DNA of 64,000 bases, from positions 5,828,001 to 5,892,000 of the forward strand of contig CDRNST010000436.1 of the NCBI GenBank assembly GCA_977016875.1. The letters run 5' to 3'. The position numbers were made by a program, and so were the translations under genes. The notes beneath the pieces are model-generated. The model did not search any database, was not told where the DNA came from, and worked only from the letters and a program-made list of their open reading frames with translations. The stretch is from Pavona decussata (lineage: Eukaryota). Positions within the stretch are counted from its first letter, which is position 1; each line of letters opens with the position of its first letter. This document shows positions 63,543-64,000 of the stretch, piece by piece.

Positions 63543-63850
63543 ATGACCATTCAAATGAAATTGACCTTACTATTAGCGACTAGTACTTTCCTGTGGTGCC
63601 GATCTACCTTTTAAATCTCTGAATGAAATCCTAAAGTGTGACCATTCAAATGAAAGCTACCGAGCAGTACTTTCCTGTGATGCTGTTTATTATGCTGTAC
63701 AAGGTGGTTCTATCTTTTGAGTCTGTGGATTAAATCCTAAAGTGTGACCATTCAAATAAAAGCTACAGAGCGGTACTTTCCTGTGGTGCTGTTTATTATG
63801 CTGTACATGGTGGTTCCAACATATCAGTCAGTGAAAAAAATACTGAAGTG
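63543..63850 (+). repeat. 106-bp minisatellite, about 3 units
   Basis: gtgtgaccattcaaat at 63636 and 63742 gives a period of 106. Confidence 0.9.
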
Positions 63851-63963
63851 ATACAAAATGATTGATATGAAAGTTACTTTCATTTGGTGCAATTTTTGCA
63901 AAATGAAATTTGGTACGTGGCTAATTTTTTCCTGTTTACCTCTATCCAACGGTTGTGAGTTAA

Positions 63964-64000
63964 AGGGACACTGTCACGGCGATTTTGCTATATTTTCCTC
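63964..64000. mobile_element. Probable left end of a Kolobok-like element, truncated by the window end
   Basis: ttaa|agggacactgtcacg; the other end is not in the window. Confidence 0.35.

Noticed and set aside
63543-63850. Regularly spaced repeats as a CRISPR array
   Set aside because: Whole 106-bp units repeat with no unique spacers, in a eukaryotic context: a minisatellite.

Overview
AT-rich, intron-containing animal genomic DNA. The repeat families suggest a cnidarian, most likely a stony coral; that is an inference. There is one 129-N gap. Four protein-coding genes can be reconstructed by hand with GT-AG junctions and consistent intron phases. (1) ANKMY1, minus strand, 13 coding exons, 29717->16442, about 1130 aa (MORN, ankyrin and MYND domains). 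(2) A CCDC160-like coiled-coil gene, minus strand, single coding exon 32413->31475. (3) A plus-strand gene with nine C2H2 fingers. Its likely first exon (40165-40231), absent from the ORF track, encodes a SNAG motif (MPKSFLVKK), and a second phase-compatible first exon without SNAG lies at 43226-43265. (4) A class A peptide-type GPCR, minus strand, with a 13-nt coding first exon at 54206 and a main exon 52406->51262. The first 16 kb and the introns are dense with non-autonomous DNA transposons, a tRNA-derived SINE, a 106-bp minisatellite, a tandem duplication and a pair of inverted decayed ORFs. Three loci carry hammerhead-ribozyme-like motifs. The best leads are the SNAG+/SNAG- alternative first exons of an unclassified 2+7 zinc-finger factor, and a core-deleted hammerhead in sense orientation in the last ANKMY1 intron.
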